Notes: a model not told the origin generated them from the letters alone. A DNA stretch of 64,000 nucleotides from a bacterium (GCA_965207065.1 OZ242260.1:2880001-2944000); one strand, 5' to 3'; shown: positions 20,643 through 30,930, counted from the first letter of the stretch. Program-made: numbers and translations.

Positions 20643-21922
20643 ACCGGCCTAAATCCGAAGAACTCTTCGTGCTCGCGCAAAACCGTATCCCGGGCGGGGT
20701 GGATTCCCCCGTCCGCGCGTTCCGGGGAGTCGGCGGTACGCCTTTTTTCGTTGAAAAAGGAGAAGGGGCCCGAATCCGGGACGCCGACGGCAACGCCTAT
20801 ATCGACTACGTGCTCTCCTGGGGCCCGTTGATTCTGGGCCACGCACACCCGCGCGTTGTGCGCGCCATTCAGGAAGCGGCGGCGCGCGGTACGAGTTTCG
20901 GCGCGCCCACTGCTCTCGAGACCGAGTTGGCGGAGCTGGTGAACGCCGCATATCCTTCCATGGAGTTGCTGCGTTTCGTGAATTCGGGAACCGAGGCGAC
21001 GATGTCGGCCATCCGCCTCGCACGCGGTTTCACGGGCCGGGACGTGATCGTCAAATTCGAGGGTTGCTACCACGGCCATGCCGACGGGCTGCTCGTCAAG
21101 GCGGGCAGTGGGGGCGCCACCCTGGGCGTGCCGGACAGCGGGGGCGTTCCGGGAGATTATGCGCGAAACACGGCGACCCTTCCCTTCAACGACGTTGAGG
21201 CGGTCAGGGATTTCTTCGCCAGGCGCGGCGCGGACGTGGCCGCCCTCATTATCGAACCGGTGGCCGGCAACATGGGGCTGATTCTGCCCAGTACCGGGTT
21301 TTTGGAAGTCTTGCGGGAGGAAACCGAAAAAGCGGGCGCCTTGCTCATATTCGATGAGGTGATGACGGGGTTTCGGGTGGCGAGAGGCGGCGCCCAGTCC
21401 CTGTTCGGAATCACGCCCGATTTGACGACTCTCGGGAAAGTGATCGGCGGCGGCATGCCCGTGGGCGCATACGGGGGCAGGCGCGACGTGATGGAATGCG
21501 TCGCCCCCCTGGGTTCGGTCTATCAGGCGGGAACGCTGTCGGGGAATCCTCTCGCCATGACGGCGGGGGTGGAAACGCTCAAAATTATCGAGGAACTGGG
21601 ACTGCCCGAAGCTCTTGCCGAGCGGACCAAAGCGCTCTCCGGGGGTATGACCGACGCGGCGCGGTCGGCGGGAATTCCGCTCACTACCGCGTGTTGCGGG
21701 TCGATGTTCGGCGCGTTTTTTCAGGCAGGTCCGGTTCGCAATTTCTCGGACGCCATGCGCTCGGACACCGACCGGTATGCCAAATTCTTCCATTCTATGC
21801 TAAAACGGGGTGTGGCATTCGCCCCGAGTCAGTTCGAAGTGGGGTTCATGTCTTCCGCCCATACGGATGAGAGCGTGGAGGCCACGCTGGCCGCTGCGCG
21901 AGAGGCGTTCGCCGAGCTTTAG
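20639..21922 (+). CDS. hemL: Glutamate-1-semialdehyde 2,1-aminomutase
   Basis: PGGVDSPVRAF, NSGTEATM, DEVMTGFR, GKVIGGGMP, YQAGTLSGNP and PSQFE. Confidence 0.97.
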   Translation: MNRPKSEELFVLAQNRIPGGVDSPVRAFRGVGGTPFFVEKGEGARIRDADGNAYIDYVLSWGPLILGHAHPRVVRAIQEAAARGTSFGAPTALETELAELVNAAYPSMELLRFVNSGTEATMSAIRLARGFTGRDVIVKFEGCYHGHADGLLVKAGSGGATLGVPDSGGVPGDYARNTATLPFNDVEAVRDFFARRGADVAALIIEPVAGNMGLILPSTGFLEVLREETEKAGALLIFDEVMTGFRVARGGAQSLFGITPDLTTLGKVIGGGMPVGAYGGRRDVMECVAPLGSVYQAGTLSGNPLAMTAGVETLKIIEELGLPEALAERTKALSGGMTDAARSAGIPLTTACCGSMFGAFFQAGPVRNFSDAMRSDTDRYAKFFHSMLKRGVAFAPSQFEVGFMSSAHTDESVEATLAAAREAFAEL

Positions 21923-21957
21923 CTGCTAGAGTTCGCACGTCTCGGAGCCTGAGCGCG

Positions 21958-22281
21958 ATGCGAAAAGCAGGACGATCATCCACCACGGCCCAATCGCCAA
22001 AAGCAAGACTTTTTTTCTGGCTCTCTGCGGGCATCATCGTCTTGCTGTTGGGTTCGGCATGGCTGGGCCAGGACGGGTATCTTGCCGTCATCGTGAACCA
22101 GGATCGCGTCTCTGAACTCAAGAAAGAAAACGCGGAAATCGAAGCGAAGAACAAGGAATTGCGCTCGGAAATCCGCTCATTGCGCTCCGATGAACGCGCG
22201 ATAGAGAAAATCGCGCGAGAAGACTTGGGCCTCGTCAAAAAAGGGGAAGTCGTCTACGAGTTCATTCCCTCGAAAAAATGA
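21958..22281 (+). CDS. ftsB: Septum formation initiator, FtsB/DivIC family
   Basis: One TM helix, a coiled coil and IEKIAREDLGLVKKGE. Confidence 0.85.
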   Translation: MRKAGRSSTTAQSPKARLFFWLSAGIIVLLLGSAWLGQDGYLAVIVNQDRVSELKKENAEIEAKNKELRSEIRSLRSDERAIEKIAREDLGLVKKGEVVYEFIPSKK

Positions 22282-22347
22282 CATTCAGTTTTCGTTGCCT
22301 CGATCTCAAGGGGTCCTCCTGGTAATTCTCGAAGAGCCTCTCTCTCC

Positions 22348-22376
22348 TTGACAGAACGCCCATGCGGGAGTAGATA
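22348..22376 (+). promoter_or_regulatory. Possible tRNA promoter
   Basis: Perfect TTGACA, then N17 and a weak -10 (TAGATA), just upstream of the tRNA. Confidence 0.35.
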
Positions 22377-22387
22377 ACACATATCGA

Positions 22388-22464
<77 letters not shown>

Positions 22465-22467
22465 AGC

Positions 22468-22500
22468 GAAAAACGGCCGCGGAGTCTCCGCGGCTTTTTC
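22468..22500 (+). terminator. Rho-independent terminator after the tRNA
   Basis: GCCGCGGAG/CTCCGCGGC hairpin followed by TTTTT. Confidence 0.7.
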
Positions 22501-22560
22501 CTTGCCGGATACATTCACGAAATCATAGAGACGATACTCATAAAAGTGAAAGGAAGAGAA

Positions 22561-23691
22561 ATGGCGGATAAAAAGGAACTGGGGCTTGCCATCGTCGGTT
22601 GCGGGGTCGTGGGGCGCATGCGGGGCGCGCTGGCCAAAGATTTCCCCGGAATCGGCTGGATCGGCCTCTCCGATATGAACGAGAAGGTCGGCAATAATCT
22701 CAAAGATGATATCGGGGCCGATTACTTCACCACCGATTTCAAGGAACTCCTCGCCCGGCCCGAGGTGGATGCGGCGATTATCGCCACTTCGACCTGGGCG
22801 CACGTCGAACCCACGCTCGCCGCGGCGGAGCGCGGTCTGCCCATGCTGATCGAAAAGCCACTCGCCACGGACGCGCGCGAGTCGGCCTCCGTACTCGCGG
22901 CGATAGAATCGGCCGGCGTGGACGCCGTGGTCGGCTACACCCAGCGTTTTCGCAGGCGTTTCCTCGCCGTGAAGGACCGCGTCGATAACGGCCAGATCGG
23001 CGACGTCACGGCGGCGGTCACGCGCGCCTTCATGAACCGCATGGCGCCGACCGGAGAGGTCCGGCTCTCACAGGACCGCCGGTTCCTGACGCCCATGGTG
23101 ATTTCGGGCACCCACAGTCTCGATATGTGCCTGTGGCTGATGGGCGACGCCAAGCCCGTCTCCATATTCGCGCGCTCGACCGAGGGGATATTGAGCGATC
23201 TCGGCACCAAGGACGCCACCTTCGGCGTGTTCACAATGGATAGCGGCGCCATCTGGAGCATGAACATCTGCTGGGCGCTGCCCAAGGAATGGCCCGGCGC
23301 GGTATATGGACTCGAGATCGGCATCGTGGGCACCAAAGGTGTAGTGGACATCGAGGACACGCACCGCGACGTGGTGATGGCGTCTGAATTCTCGCAAGGG
23401 CCCGCCTATAACCCCGATGATTTCGAACTGGAAGCGCGGCGCAACGTCGAATTTCTCACCAGCTTCCCGCCGGGCGACATGTATGAGGGGGAACTCTGGG
23501 GGCCGATGCGCGAGGAGACGAACTCCTGGTTCCAGCGGATTTATTCGGACAAGAGTACGCCCCATGCGACCGCTGCCGAGGGGCACCGTAACCTCATGCT
23601 GACCATGGCGATGGACCTCTCGGCCAAGCGCGGCGAGGAGTTGAAGTTGCCAATCAGTCCTGCGGAACTGATGGCGGGTCTGGAAGCGTAG
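22561..23691 (+). CDS. Gfo/Idh/MocA family oxidoreductase
   Basis: GCGVVG Rossmann motif, EKP, VGY..RF and H..D catalytic segment. Confidence 0.85.
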   Translation: MADKKELGLAIVGCGVVGRMRGALAKDFPGIGWIGLSDMNEKVGNNLKDDIGADYFTTDFKELLARPEVDAAIIATSTWAHVEPTLAAAERGLPMLIEKPLATDARESASVLAAIESAGVDAVVGYTQRFRRRFLAVKDRVDNGQIGDVTAAVTRAFMNRMAPTGEVRLSQDRRFLTPMVISGTHSLDMCLWLMGDAKPVSIFARSTEGILSDLGTKDATFGVFTMDSGAIWSMNICWALPKEWPGAVYGLEIGIVGTKGVVDIEDTHRDVVMASEFSQGPAYNPDDFELEARRNVEFLTSFPPGDMYEGELWGPMREETNSWFQRIYSDKSTPHATAAEGHRNLMLTMAMDLSAKRGEELKLPISPAELMAGLEA

Positions 23692-23731
23692 GATATTCCT
23701 GGAAATTTAATCAGCAGGGCAGGGCGGATAC

Positions 23732-24889
23732 ATGGCTACGCGGGAGTTGGGAATCATTCTGCACGGGGCGACGGGCGGCATCTGCTCCTTCCAGCATCTG
23801 AGAAACTCGCTCATTCCCATAATCAATGAGGGCGGACTCGAAGTCGGCGGCGAGAGAATCCTGCCGAAGCTCCTGCTTGTCGGCAGGAGCGAGGAGCGTC
23901 TCGCGAAACTGGCGGCCGTACACGGCGGCCTTGACTGGACGACCGATCTGGATGCGGCTCTCGGGAACGAGGCGTATCCCGTCTTCTTCGACGCTGTGTC
24001 CACGCATTTGAGAGTGGATGTCCTGAAGCGCGCCATTGCCGCCGGGAAACACATCTATACCGAAAAGCCCGTAGCGCCCACCGTTCAGGAGGGGATGAGC
24101 CTGCTACGCGCTGCGCAGGCCAAAGGCCTCAAGCACGGCGCGGTGGAGGATAAGCTCTTCCTGCCGGGGTTCCTGAAACTGCGCCGGGTCGTTGAGAGCG
24201 GTTTTCTGGGGCGGATCATCGGGTTTCAGATCAACTTCGGCTGGTGGGTGTTCAACGGTATCGAGGCGGAATGCCAGCGCCCGAGCTGGAACTACCGGAA
24301 GGCGGGCGGCGGCGGTCTCATCTCGGACATGCACCCGCACTGGCGCTACATCGTCGAAGGAACCCTGGGGCCGATTGCGCGCGTGGCGGCGCTAGCCTGG
24401 ACGGGGCAGACCGAGCGCGCCGACGAGGCGGGGGCGCGCTTCCGCGTCGACGTCGAGGACAACGTGCATACGCTTCTGGAACTTGAAAGCGGCGCGCGCG
24501 GCGCGATCCTGAGCTCATGGTCCACTCGGGTCAGGCGCGAGGACCTGGTGACCTTCCAGGTGGACGGAACCGGCGGCTCAGCAGTCGCGGGCTTGAGAAG
24601 ATGCTGGAAGCAGGCGGCGGGCGAAACGCCTTTGGTGCGCGGTTTCCTGATGGGACGCGACGCGGACACCTTGGACGTCTCGGTGGATTACCGCGAGAAC
24701 TGGGAGGAAGAGCCCGACCCTGCGCCCTACAAGAACCCTTATCGCTACGGCTGGGAGCGCTTCATCCGCCACGTGGTGCGCGATGAGCCTTTCTACGCCG
24801 ACCTCTCCGCCGGCATCCGCGACGTGAGGCTCGCCGAGGCATGTCTCCAAAGCGCGCAAGAGGGCGGCTGGGTGGATATGAAGGCGTGA
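23732..24889 (+). CDS. Gfo/Idh/MocA family oxidoreductase
   Basis: GKHIYTEKP, QRPSWNYRK and GGG...DM.PHW. Confidence 0.85.
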   Translation: MATRELGIILHGATGGICSFQHLRNSLIPIINEGGLEVGGERILPKLLLVGRSEERLAKLAAVHGGLDWTTDLDAALGNEAYPVFFDAVSTHLRVDVLKRAIAAGKHIYTEKPVAPTVQEGMSLLRAAQAKGLKHGAVEDKLFLPGFLKLRRVVESGFLGRIIGFQINFGWWVFNGIEAECQRPSWNYRKAGGGGLISDMHPHWRYIVEGTLGPIARVAALAWTGQTERADEAGARFRVDVEDNVHTLLELESGARGAILSSWSTRVRREDLVTFQVDGTGGSAVAGLRRCWKQAAGETPLVRGFLMGRDADTLDVSVDYRENWEEEPDPAPYKNPYRYGWERFIRHVVRDEPFYADLSAGIRDVRLAEACLQSAQEGGWVDMKA

Positions 24890-24913
24890 TGGGTAGCCTG
24901 GATGCTGTAAACC

Positions 24914-25405
24914 TCAGCCTATAGGATCCTGCCCGCCGCCGTGGTTCGTGACGTCCGCCTCATTCAGTTGAATGAACGCCTGGGCGAGGACGACCGCGGC
25001 GGTGTTGGCGAGGTTGTAGGAGCGGATCGGCCCGGGCATGGGCACGTAAATCCGCCGCTCGGGCCAGCGCGCGTGCCAGGAATCGGGAAGCCCCGTGTTT
25101 TCGTTTCCGAGCAGGAGCACGTCCTCGTCTTTGTATGAAACCCTGTCGAAGCGCGACGCGCCGAACTTCGTAATGAGCCAGGGCGTTCTCTCGCCCAGCC
25201 ATTCGAGGAAGCGGGTTTCGTTCTCGTGGATGGTGAGCTTCACGTCAGGCCAGTAGTCCAGCCCCGCTCTTTTCAGGGAATTGTCCGAAAAATTAAATTT
25301 CGCAGGCTCGATTATGTGCAGATGCGCATCCATCCCCACGCACAGCCTGCCGATGTTCCCGGTGTTCTGCGGAATCGCCGGATGATAGAGAGCGACGTGG
25401 AGCAT
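24914..25405 (-). CDS. trmL: tRNA (cytidine/uridine-34 2'-O)-methyltransferase, SPOUT family
   Basis: IPQNTGNIGR, KRAGLDYW, G.E..GLP and PM...RSYNLAN. Confidence 0.92.
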   Translation of the reverse strand: MLHVALYHPAIPQNTGNIGRLCVGMDAHLHIIEPAKFNFSDNSLKRAGLDYWPDVKLTIHENETRFLEWLGERTPWLITKFGASRFDRVSYKDEDVLLLGNENTGLPDSWHARWPERRIYVPMPGPIRSYNLANTAAVVLAQAFIQLNEADVTNHGGGQDPIG

Positions 25406-25443
25406 TTCATTCTATTCGAAAGTAGGGAACCCGAAGCCGAGCG

Positions 25444-26760
25444 TTATCCCGAGACGGCGCCGCGAACGCTCGCCTTGTCCACCGCGTCGGTGAGGATGTC
25501 CATCGCCTGATCCATCTGTCCTTCCGTCGTCGTGGCGGGCGGCACGAACCGGAGTACGCTCCCTCCGCGCCGCTGGCTGAAGATGAGTCCGTTTTCGAGG
25601 CACCTGCGGTTGATATCGCTCCCCTGTCTGGTGGCGGGCGTTTTCGTGCGCCTGTCCTCCACCAGTTCGATTCCTTGCAGAAGACCCCGGCCCCTGATGT
25701 CGCCCACCATTTCATACTGCTCTCCAAGCCAGGTGAGGCGCTCTCTCAGGTGGGCGCCGATTTTTCTCGCCTTGGCGGGTACGTCTTCCTGTTCGATGAC
25801 GTCGAGGCTCGCCACGCCTGCGGCGCAGGCGAGCGGGTCGTTCGTGTGTGAATGGGTGACGACGAACTCGGTGGACGCTATCTTCTCCTCCACCTCGGCG
25901 CTCGTCGAGACCGAAGAGATGCTCACGCCCCCGCCGAAGTGCTTCGCCAGCGTCACGACGTCGGGCACCACCTCGTCCTTCTCGAAGCCGAACATCGTGC
26001 CCAGCTTGCCGAGTCCGGTCTGCTCGTCGTCCACGATGAGGAGCATGTCGCGCTCCTCGCAGCTTTCTTTGAGTTTCTTGAGCCACCCGGGCGGCGGCTC
26101 CACCACCCCGCCCGCGCTGAAGAGGGGTTCGGTGATGACGGCGGCGGGCTTGCTCGTCGTTTGCGCGTCGATGAGTTCGAAGCTCGTATCCAGGCAGGCG
26201 ATCTCGCAATCGGGGAATTTCTGGGCGAGCGGGCAGCGGTAGCAGTAGGGCGCGACCATGGCCATACTCCCGGGCGACAGCGGCCCGTGCCCGCTGTGCC
26301 AGCCCGCGAAGGTGAGGGAGCGCGCCGTGTCGGAGAGGCCGTGAAAGCTGATGTGGGGACTCGCCACCTCGAAGCCGTCGGTGAATTTGCGGGCGATGGT
26401 CACCGCCGCCTCGTTGGCGTCCGCACCGGAACCGAGAAAGAGGCTTTTCTCGAGCGGCGGCGGCAGCAGCGCGCCGAGACGCTCGGCGAGGATGATCTCC
26501 TGGTCGTTGAAGAAGCTGCTGTGCGCGTGAATCAGCTCATCGCAACTTTTTTTGATAGCGTCCGTGACAGTGGGGTGGTTGTGTCCCAAGGCGGAGCACA
26601 TCTGGCCCGAGTTGAAATCGAGGTACTGCTTGCCGTTCACGTCCTCGACGGTGGAACCTTCACCGCGTACGAAGACGGGGCCTGCGAATACCGTCTTGTC
26701 CACCCGCCCGCGAAAGCTGTATTTCTTCGCCGAATCAAGCAGGTCTTTTTCGCTTCGCAT
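25444..26760 (-). CDS. Class III PLP aminotransferase, 2,2-dialkylglycine decarboxylase-like
   Basis: LDFNSGQM..LGHNHP, GADANEAA, SFHG, DxxQTG, PLP lysine in TLAK, H..DP and LRFVPP. RBS GGAGG. Confidence 0.8.
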   Translation of the reverse strand: MRSEKDLLDSAKKYSFRGRVDKTVFAGPVFVRGEGSTVEDVNGKQYLDFNSGQMCSALGHNHPTVTDAIKKSCDELIHAHSSFFNDQEIILAERLGALLPPPLEKSLFLGSGADANEAAVTIARKFTDGFEVASPHISFHGLSDTARSLTFAGWHSGHGPLSPGSMAMVAPYCYRCPLAQKFPDCEIACLDTSFELIDAQTTSKPAAVITEPLFSAGGVVEPPPGWLKKLKESCEERDMLLIVDDEQTGLGKLGTMFGFEKDEVVPDVVTLAKHFGGGVSISSVSTSAEVEEKIASTEFVVTHSHTNDPLACAAGVASLDVIEQEDVPAKARKIGAHLRERLTWLGEQYEMVGDIRGRGLLQGIELVEDRRTKTPATRQGSDINRRCLENGLIFSQRRGGSVLRFVPPATTTEGQMDQAMDILTDAVDKASVRGAVSG

Positions 26761-27005
26761 GAAAGTCGCCTCCACGGGTATGAGAAGAGGGGACGCCCGG
26801 TGCGCTCCTCTCGCAAATGCGGAATTTCTCGCTTAAACCGCGCTCCATGAAACGCTGTGATATGGTTTAATACTATCTCATATTCATGGTTTCGGATATG
26901 GCTTATCATCAAGCCATCTGGCGGATAAGTCATCCAACGGTGATTCGCCCGTGAAACCTCGTGATTGCGCGAATCATGGGCCGTGAGTTCGGGAGGATAT
27001 TTCGT

Positions 27006-28553
27006 ATGAATATGGCGGAGTTTTTGGCCCGGGCGGCCAGTGCCTGTGGCGATCGGCCGGCCATATCTTCGGGCGAGGCGGTTCATTGCACGTATGAGAC
27101 GCTTGCCCGCAGGGCGGGCTCCATGGCGGGTTACCTGCGGGAAGATCTCAAAATGAAGCCCGGAGATCGCGCCGCCATCACGATGAAGAATTGCCCGGCG
27201 TTTCTGGAGGTCCTCTACGCCATATGGCATGCGGGGTGCTGCGCGCTGCCCGTCAATGCAAAACTCCATCCGAAGGAGATGGCTTTCATCCTCGAGAATG
27301 CCGGAGCGCGCTGTTGTTTCGCCACTTCCGACCTCATGGGGACGGTGTCGCCGCTCGTCGATGAAATCGAAAGCCTGGAAAGCGTGATGGAGGTCGATAC
27401 CCCCGAATACCGGGCGATCCAGTCCCGGGAGCCCGTCCCCATCGAACCCCGGGAGCCGGATGACCTGGCCTGGCTCTTCTATACGAGCGGCACGACGGGC
27501 AGGCCGAAGGGCGCGATGCTCACCCACCGGAACCTGCACAGCATGTCCCTGAGCTATTTCGCCGACGTCGACCCGGTCTCCGAGAACGATTGCATCCTGC
27601 ACGCTGCGCCCCTGTCCCACGGCTCGGGCCTGTACGCGATACCACACGTCTATAAGGGCGCGAACAACATCGTTCCCGAGAGCGGGGGGTTCGAGCCCGC
27701 GGAGATTTTCCGTCTGATCGAGGCCTACCCGGGCCTCGCCATTTTCGCGGCGCCCACGATGGTGACGCGACTGATACAGAGCGAAGCCCTCAGGGGTGCG
27801 GATACCACGAATCTCAAGACGGTCGCCTATGGCGGCGGTCCGATGTACCTGGAAGACCTCAAAAAGGCCATGGAGGCTCTGGGGAACAAACTCGTTCAGG
27901 TTTACGGGCAGGGGGAAAGCCCCATGACCATTACGGTCGTCTCCAGGGAACGGCACGTCGACACCGATCACCCGCGCTACGAGGAGCGGCTCGCATCCGT
28001 CGGGGTGCCGCACACCGTGGTCGAAGTGCGCGTGGTGGACGCCGAGGACAACACCCTGCCGCCGGGAGAGACCGGCGAGGTGCTCGTGCGCGGCGACGTC
28101 GTCATGAAGGGCTACTGGAACAACCCCGAGGCCACGGCGAGCGCGCTCAAGGGCGGGTGGCTCCACACGGGCGACGTGGGAGTGATGGATGATGACGGTT
28201 TCCTCACCCTCAAGGATCGCTCCAAGGACCTCATCATCAGCGGTGGGAGCAACATCTATCCCCGCGAGGTGGAGGAAGTGCTGCTCCGCCATGAGGGTGT
28301 TCAGGAGGTCTCCGTCATCGGGCGGCCCCACCCGGATTGGGGGGAGGAGGTCATGGCCTTCGTAGTCTTACAGGATGGAAAGCGGGTGCGTGAGGAAGAA
28401 CTCGACGGCTTGTGTCTCGAACACATCGCGCGCTTCAAGCGCCCCCGATCGTATCGTTTCATCGATGCCTTGCCGAAGAACAATTACGGAAAAGTTCTCA
28501 AGACGGCGCTTCGCGAGATGGCGGAGCGCGAATCCCGGGTAAGCGAAGGATGA
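27006..28553 (+). CDS. AMP-binding acyl-CoA synthetase
   Basis: YTSGTTGRPKG, YGQGE, HTGD, DRSKD.IISGG.NIYP.EVE and PKNNYGKV. Confidence 0.92.
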   Translation: MNMAEFLARAASACGDRPAISSGEAVHCTYETLARRAGSMAGYLREDLKMKPGDRAAITMKNCPAFLEVLYAIWHAGCCALPVNAKLHPKEMAFILENAGARCCFATSDLMGTVSPLVDEIESLESVMEVDTPEYRAIQSREPVPIEPREPDDLAWLFYTSGTTGRPKGAMLTHRNLHSMSLSYFADVDPVSENDCILHAAPLSHGSGLYAIPHVYKGANNIVPESGGFEPAEIFRLIEAYPGLAIFAAPTMVTRLIQSEALRGADTTNLKTVAYGGGPMYLEDLKKAMEALGNKLVQVYGQGESPMTITVVSRERHVDTDHPRYEERLASVGVPHTVVEVRVVDAEDNTLPPGETGEVLVRGDVVMKGYWNNPEATASALKGGWLHTGDVGVMDDDGFLTLKDRSKDLIISGGSNIYPREVEEVLLRHEGVQEVSVIGRPHPDWGEEVMAFVVLQDGKRVREEELDGLCLEHIARFKRPRSYRFIDALPKNNYGKVLKTALREMAERESRVSEG

Positions 28554-29932
28554 TGATGAGGGGCGCAGCATCGGGCGCGAATGAGATGAGATTCTCCAGG
28601 CTTCGGCAAGCGTATTCCTCGGGTGAGCAGACGCCTTCGGACGTGGTTCATGAGGTTTATCGGCGAATCGCCGCGCGCAGTGAGGACGGCGTGTGGATTC
28701 ACGTCGAATCCGAGGAAAAATTGCTCGCGCGCGCGGAAGAGTTGGAGGCCAGCAAGGCGGATGCAGGTGAACTCCCCCTTTACGGCATCCCTTTTGCGGT
28801 GAAGGACAACATCGACGTAGCGGGTGTTCCGACCACGGCGGCGTGCCCCGAATACGCCTATACGCCCGAGGAGAGTGCTCCCTGCGTGGAGCTTCTGCTC
28901 GATGCGGGGGCGATTTTCGTCGGAAAGACGAACCTGGATCAGTTCGCGCTGGGCCTCGTCGGCGTGCGCACGCCGTATGGGGTGGCCCGGAATCCGTTTC
29001 ACGCGGACTACGTTCCGGGAGGCTCGAGTTCGGGCTCGGCCGTGGCCGTCGCAGCGGGACTGGTGAGTTTCGCCCTCGGCACGGACACGGCCGGCTCGGG
29101 GCGGGTGCCCGCCGGGTTCAACAACATCGTGGGACTCAAACCCTCGCGGGGACTGGTTAGCACGCGGGGCGTGGTTCCCGCCTGCCGCACGCTTGATTGC
29201 GTCTCGGTCTTTGCTCTCGAGGCTTCGGATGCGCTTTGCGCCCTCGATACGATGGCCGCGCCCGATGGGGATCCGTACAGCCGCGCCCTTCCGGCGGGAG
29301 CGTCTCTGCAAATGGCCGCCGACTTGCCGGAGGGGCTGAATGCTGGCGTGCCGCTTCCTGAACAAAGAGATTTTCTGGGAGATGGTGAAGCGAAAATAGC
29401 CTATGAGAGGGGGATCGAGCGATTCTCTGAGATGGGCGTGGCTGTGCGCGAAGTCGATTTCTCGCCTTTTTTCGAGGCGGCGGGGCTTCTCTATGGCGGC
29501 CCCTGGGTGGCGGAGCGCCTGGCGGCGATTGAAGCGTTTTTTGGAGCGAAGCCGGATGCCCTCCATCCCGTCACGAGAGAGATAATAGCGGGAGCCGCCC
29601 GGTATACGGCTGTCGACGCTTTCCGGGCATTCTATCGCCTGGAGGAACTAAAGCGCGAGGCAAATAAAGTCTGGGAAGATATTGATATTGTGGCGGTTCC
29701 CACGACGCCCACGGTCTACACGATTGACGAGGTGAATGCCGACCCTGTGGCTTTGAACTCGAATCTGGGGACTTACACGAATTTTGTGAATCTTTTGGAT
29801 TTATGCGCAATCGCCATCCCGAATGGTTTTTATGCGAACGGGCTGCCCATCGGGATGACCCTGCTTGCGCCCGCATTCAAGGAGGGATTCTTGTGCGCGG
29901 TGGCGGAGGAGTTTCTGTCGAGGTCGGGTTAA
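28550..29932 (+). CDS. atzF: Allophanate hydrolase-like amidase (amidase domain only)
   Basis: PFAVKDNID, GKTNLDQFA.GLVG.RTPYG, GGSSSGS, GTDTAGSGRVPA, VVPACRTLDCVS, LLYGGPWVAER and LGTYTNFVNLLD. Start may be 28586. Confidence 0.82.
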   Translation: MMMRGAASGANEMRFSRLRQAYSSGEQTPSDVVHEVYRRIAARSEDGVWIHVESEEKLLARAEELEASKADAGELPLYGIPFAVKDNIDVAGVPTTAACPEYAYTPEESAPCVELLLDAGAIFVGKTNLDQFALGLVGVRTPYGVARNPFHADYVPGGSSSGSAVAVAAGLVSFALGTDTAGSGRVPAGFNNIVGLKPSRGLVSTRGVVPACRTLDCVSVFALEASDALCALDTMAAPDGDPYSRALPAGASLQMAADLPEGLNAGVPLPEQRDFLGDGEAKIAYERGIERFSEMGVAVREVDFSPFFEAAGLLYGGPWVAERLAAIEAFFGAKPDALHPVTREIIAGAARYTAVDAFRAFYRLEELKREANKVWEDIDIVAVPTTPTVYTIDEVNADPVALNSNLGTYTNFVNLLDLCAIAIPNGFYANGLPIGMTLLAPAFKEGFLCAVAEEFLSRSG

Positions 29933-29972
29933 AATTGATGAAAACGAGAGAAATTTTAGCGGAGGATATCTG

Positions 29973-30872
29973 ATGAAACGACTGGGTTTTGTAGGCGTGG
30001 GGGCGATGGGCGGTAGGATGGTGCCGCATCTCATCAAAGCGGGCCATGAGGTGGGCGTGGTGGACGTCGGCCGCGAGGCTGTTGAGCGCGCCGTCTCGTA
30101 TGGGGCCGTCGAGGCGTCCGGCCCGGCGGAACTCGCCGCCACGTGCGAGATCGTGCTCACCTCCCTTCCCACGGGCGCCGAGGTGGAAGAGGTCTTCATG
30201 GGCGAGGGCGGCCTCATGGAAGCCGTGGGCGAAGGCGGTTTGCTGGTGGACCTCTCCACCATCGAGCCCGACCAGAGCCGAAAACTCGCCGCCGAGGCGG
30301 CGGAGCGCGGAGCGGTTGCGCTCGATGCGCCCGTCTCCGGCGGGGTGATGGGGGCGGATGCGGCGAGCCTCACCATCATGGTCGGGGGCCCGAAAGAGGC
30401 GTTCGAGACGGCGCAGCCCGTGCTGGCGCTGCTGGGAAAGAACATCATCCACGTCGGGGGGTACGGCGCGGGTCAGGTCGCGAAGCTCTGCAACAATCTC
30501 ATCGCGGGCGTCACCATGGTGGCGGCGGCGGAGGCGTTCGCCATGGGCAAGGCGTCCGGCGTGGACACCAGGATTCTCCACGAGGTGATACGCACGAGCA
30601 GCGGCGGAAGCTGGGTGATGGAGAAAGACCCGCCGTGCCCCGATCTCATCGAGGGCGCGCCTTCGAGCAAGGATTTCGAGGCGGGCTTCACGGTGGACCT
30701 GATGCTCAAGGACATGTCCCTGGCCGTATCCGCCCTCATGTCGCTGGGAATTCCGTGTCCCACCGGCGCGGCCGCGAACCAGGTCTACCGCATGGCTTCG
30801 CGCGATGGTCTGGGGGATCTGGATTTCGCCGCGGTGGCCATGTTGACGGGCGCGGCGGAGCGTCCCCGATGA
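29973..30872 (+). CDS. NAD(P)-dependent beta-hydroxyacid dehydrogenase, 3-hydroxyisobutyrate dehydrogenase-like
   Basis: GVGAMG, DAPVSGG, LTIMVGG, KLCNN and GF..DLMLKD. Confidence 0.85.
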   Translation: MKRLGFVGVGAMGGRMVPHLIKAGHEVGVVDVGREAVERAVSYGAVEASGPAELAATCEIVLTSLPTGAEVEEVFMGEGGLMEAVGEGGLLVDLSTIEPDQSRKLAAEAAERGAVALDAPVSGGVMGADAASLTIMVGGPKEAFETAQPVLALLGKNIIHVGGYGAGQVAKLCNNLIAGVTMVAAAEAFAMGKASGVDTRILHEVIRTSSGGSWVMEKDPPCPDLIEGAPSSKDFEAGFTVDLMLKDMSLAVSALMSLGIPCPTGAAANQVYRMASRDGLGDLDFAAVAMLTGAAERPR

Positions 30873-30930
30873 GCGATGTATTGCAGGGATGCGCCCGAGA
30901 ACGAAGCGCCCTGATTGGAGGAATGATCCG

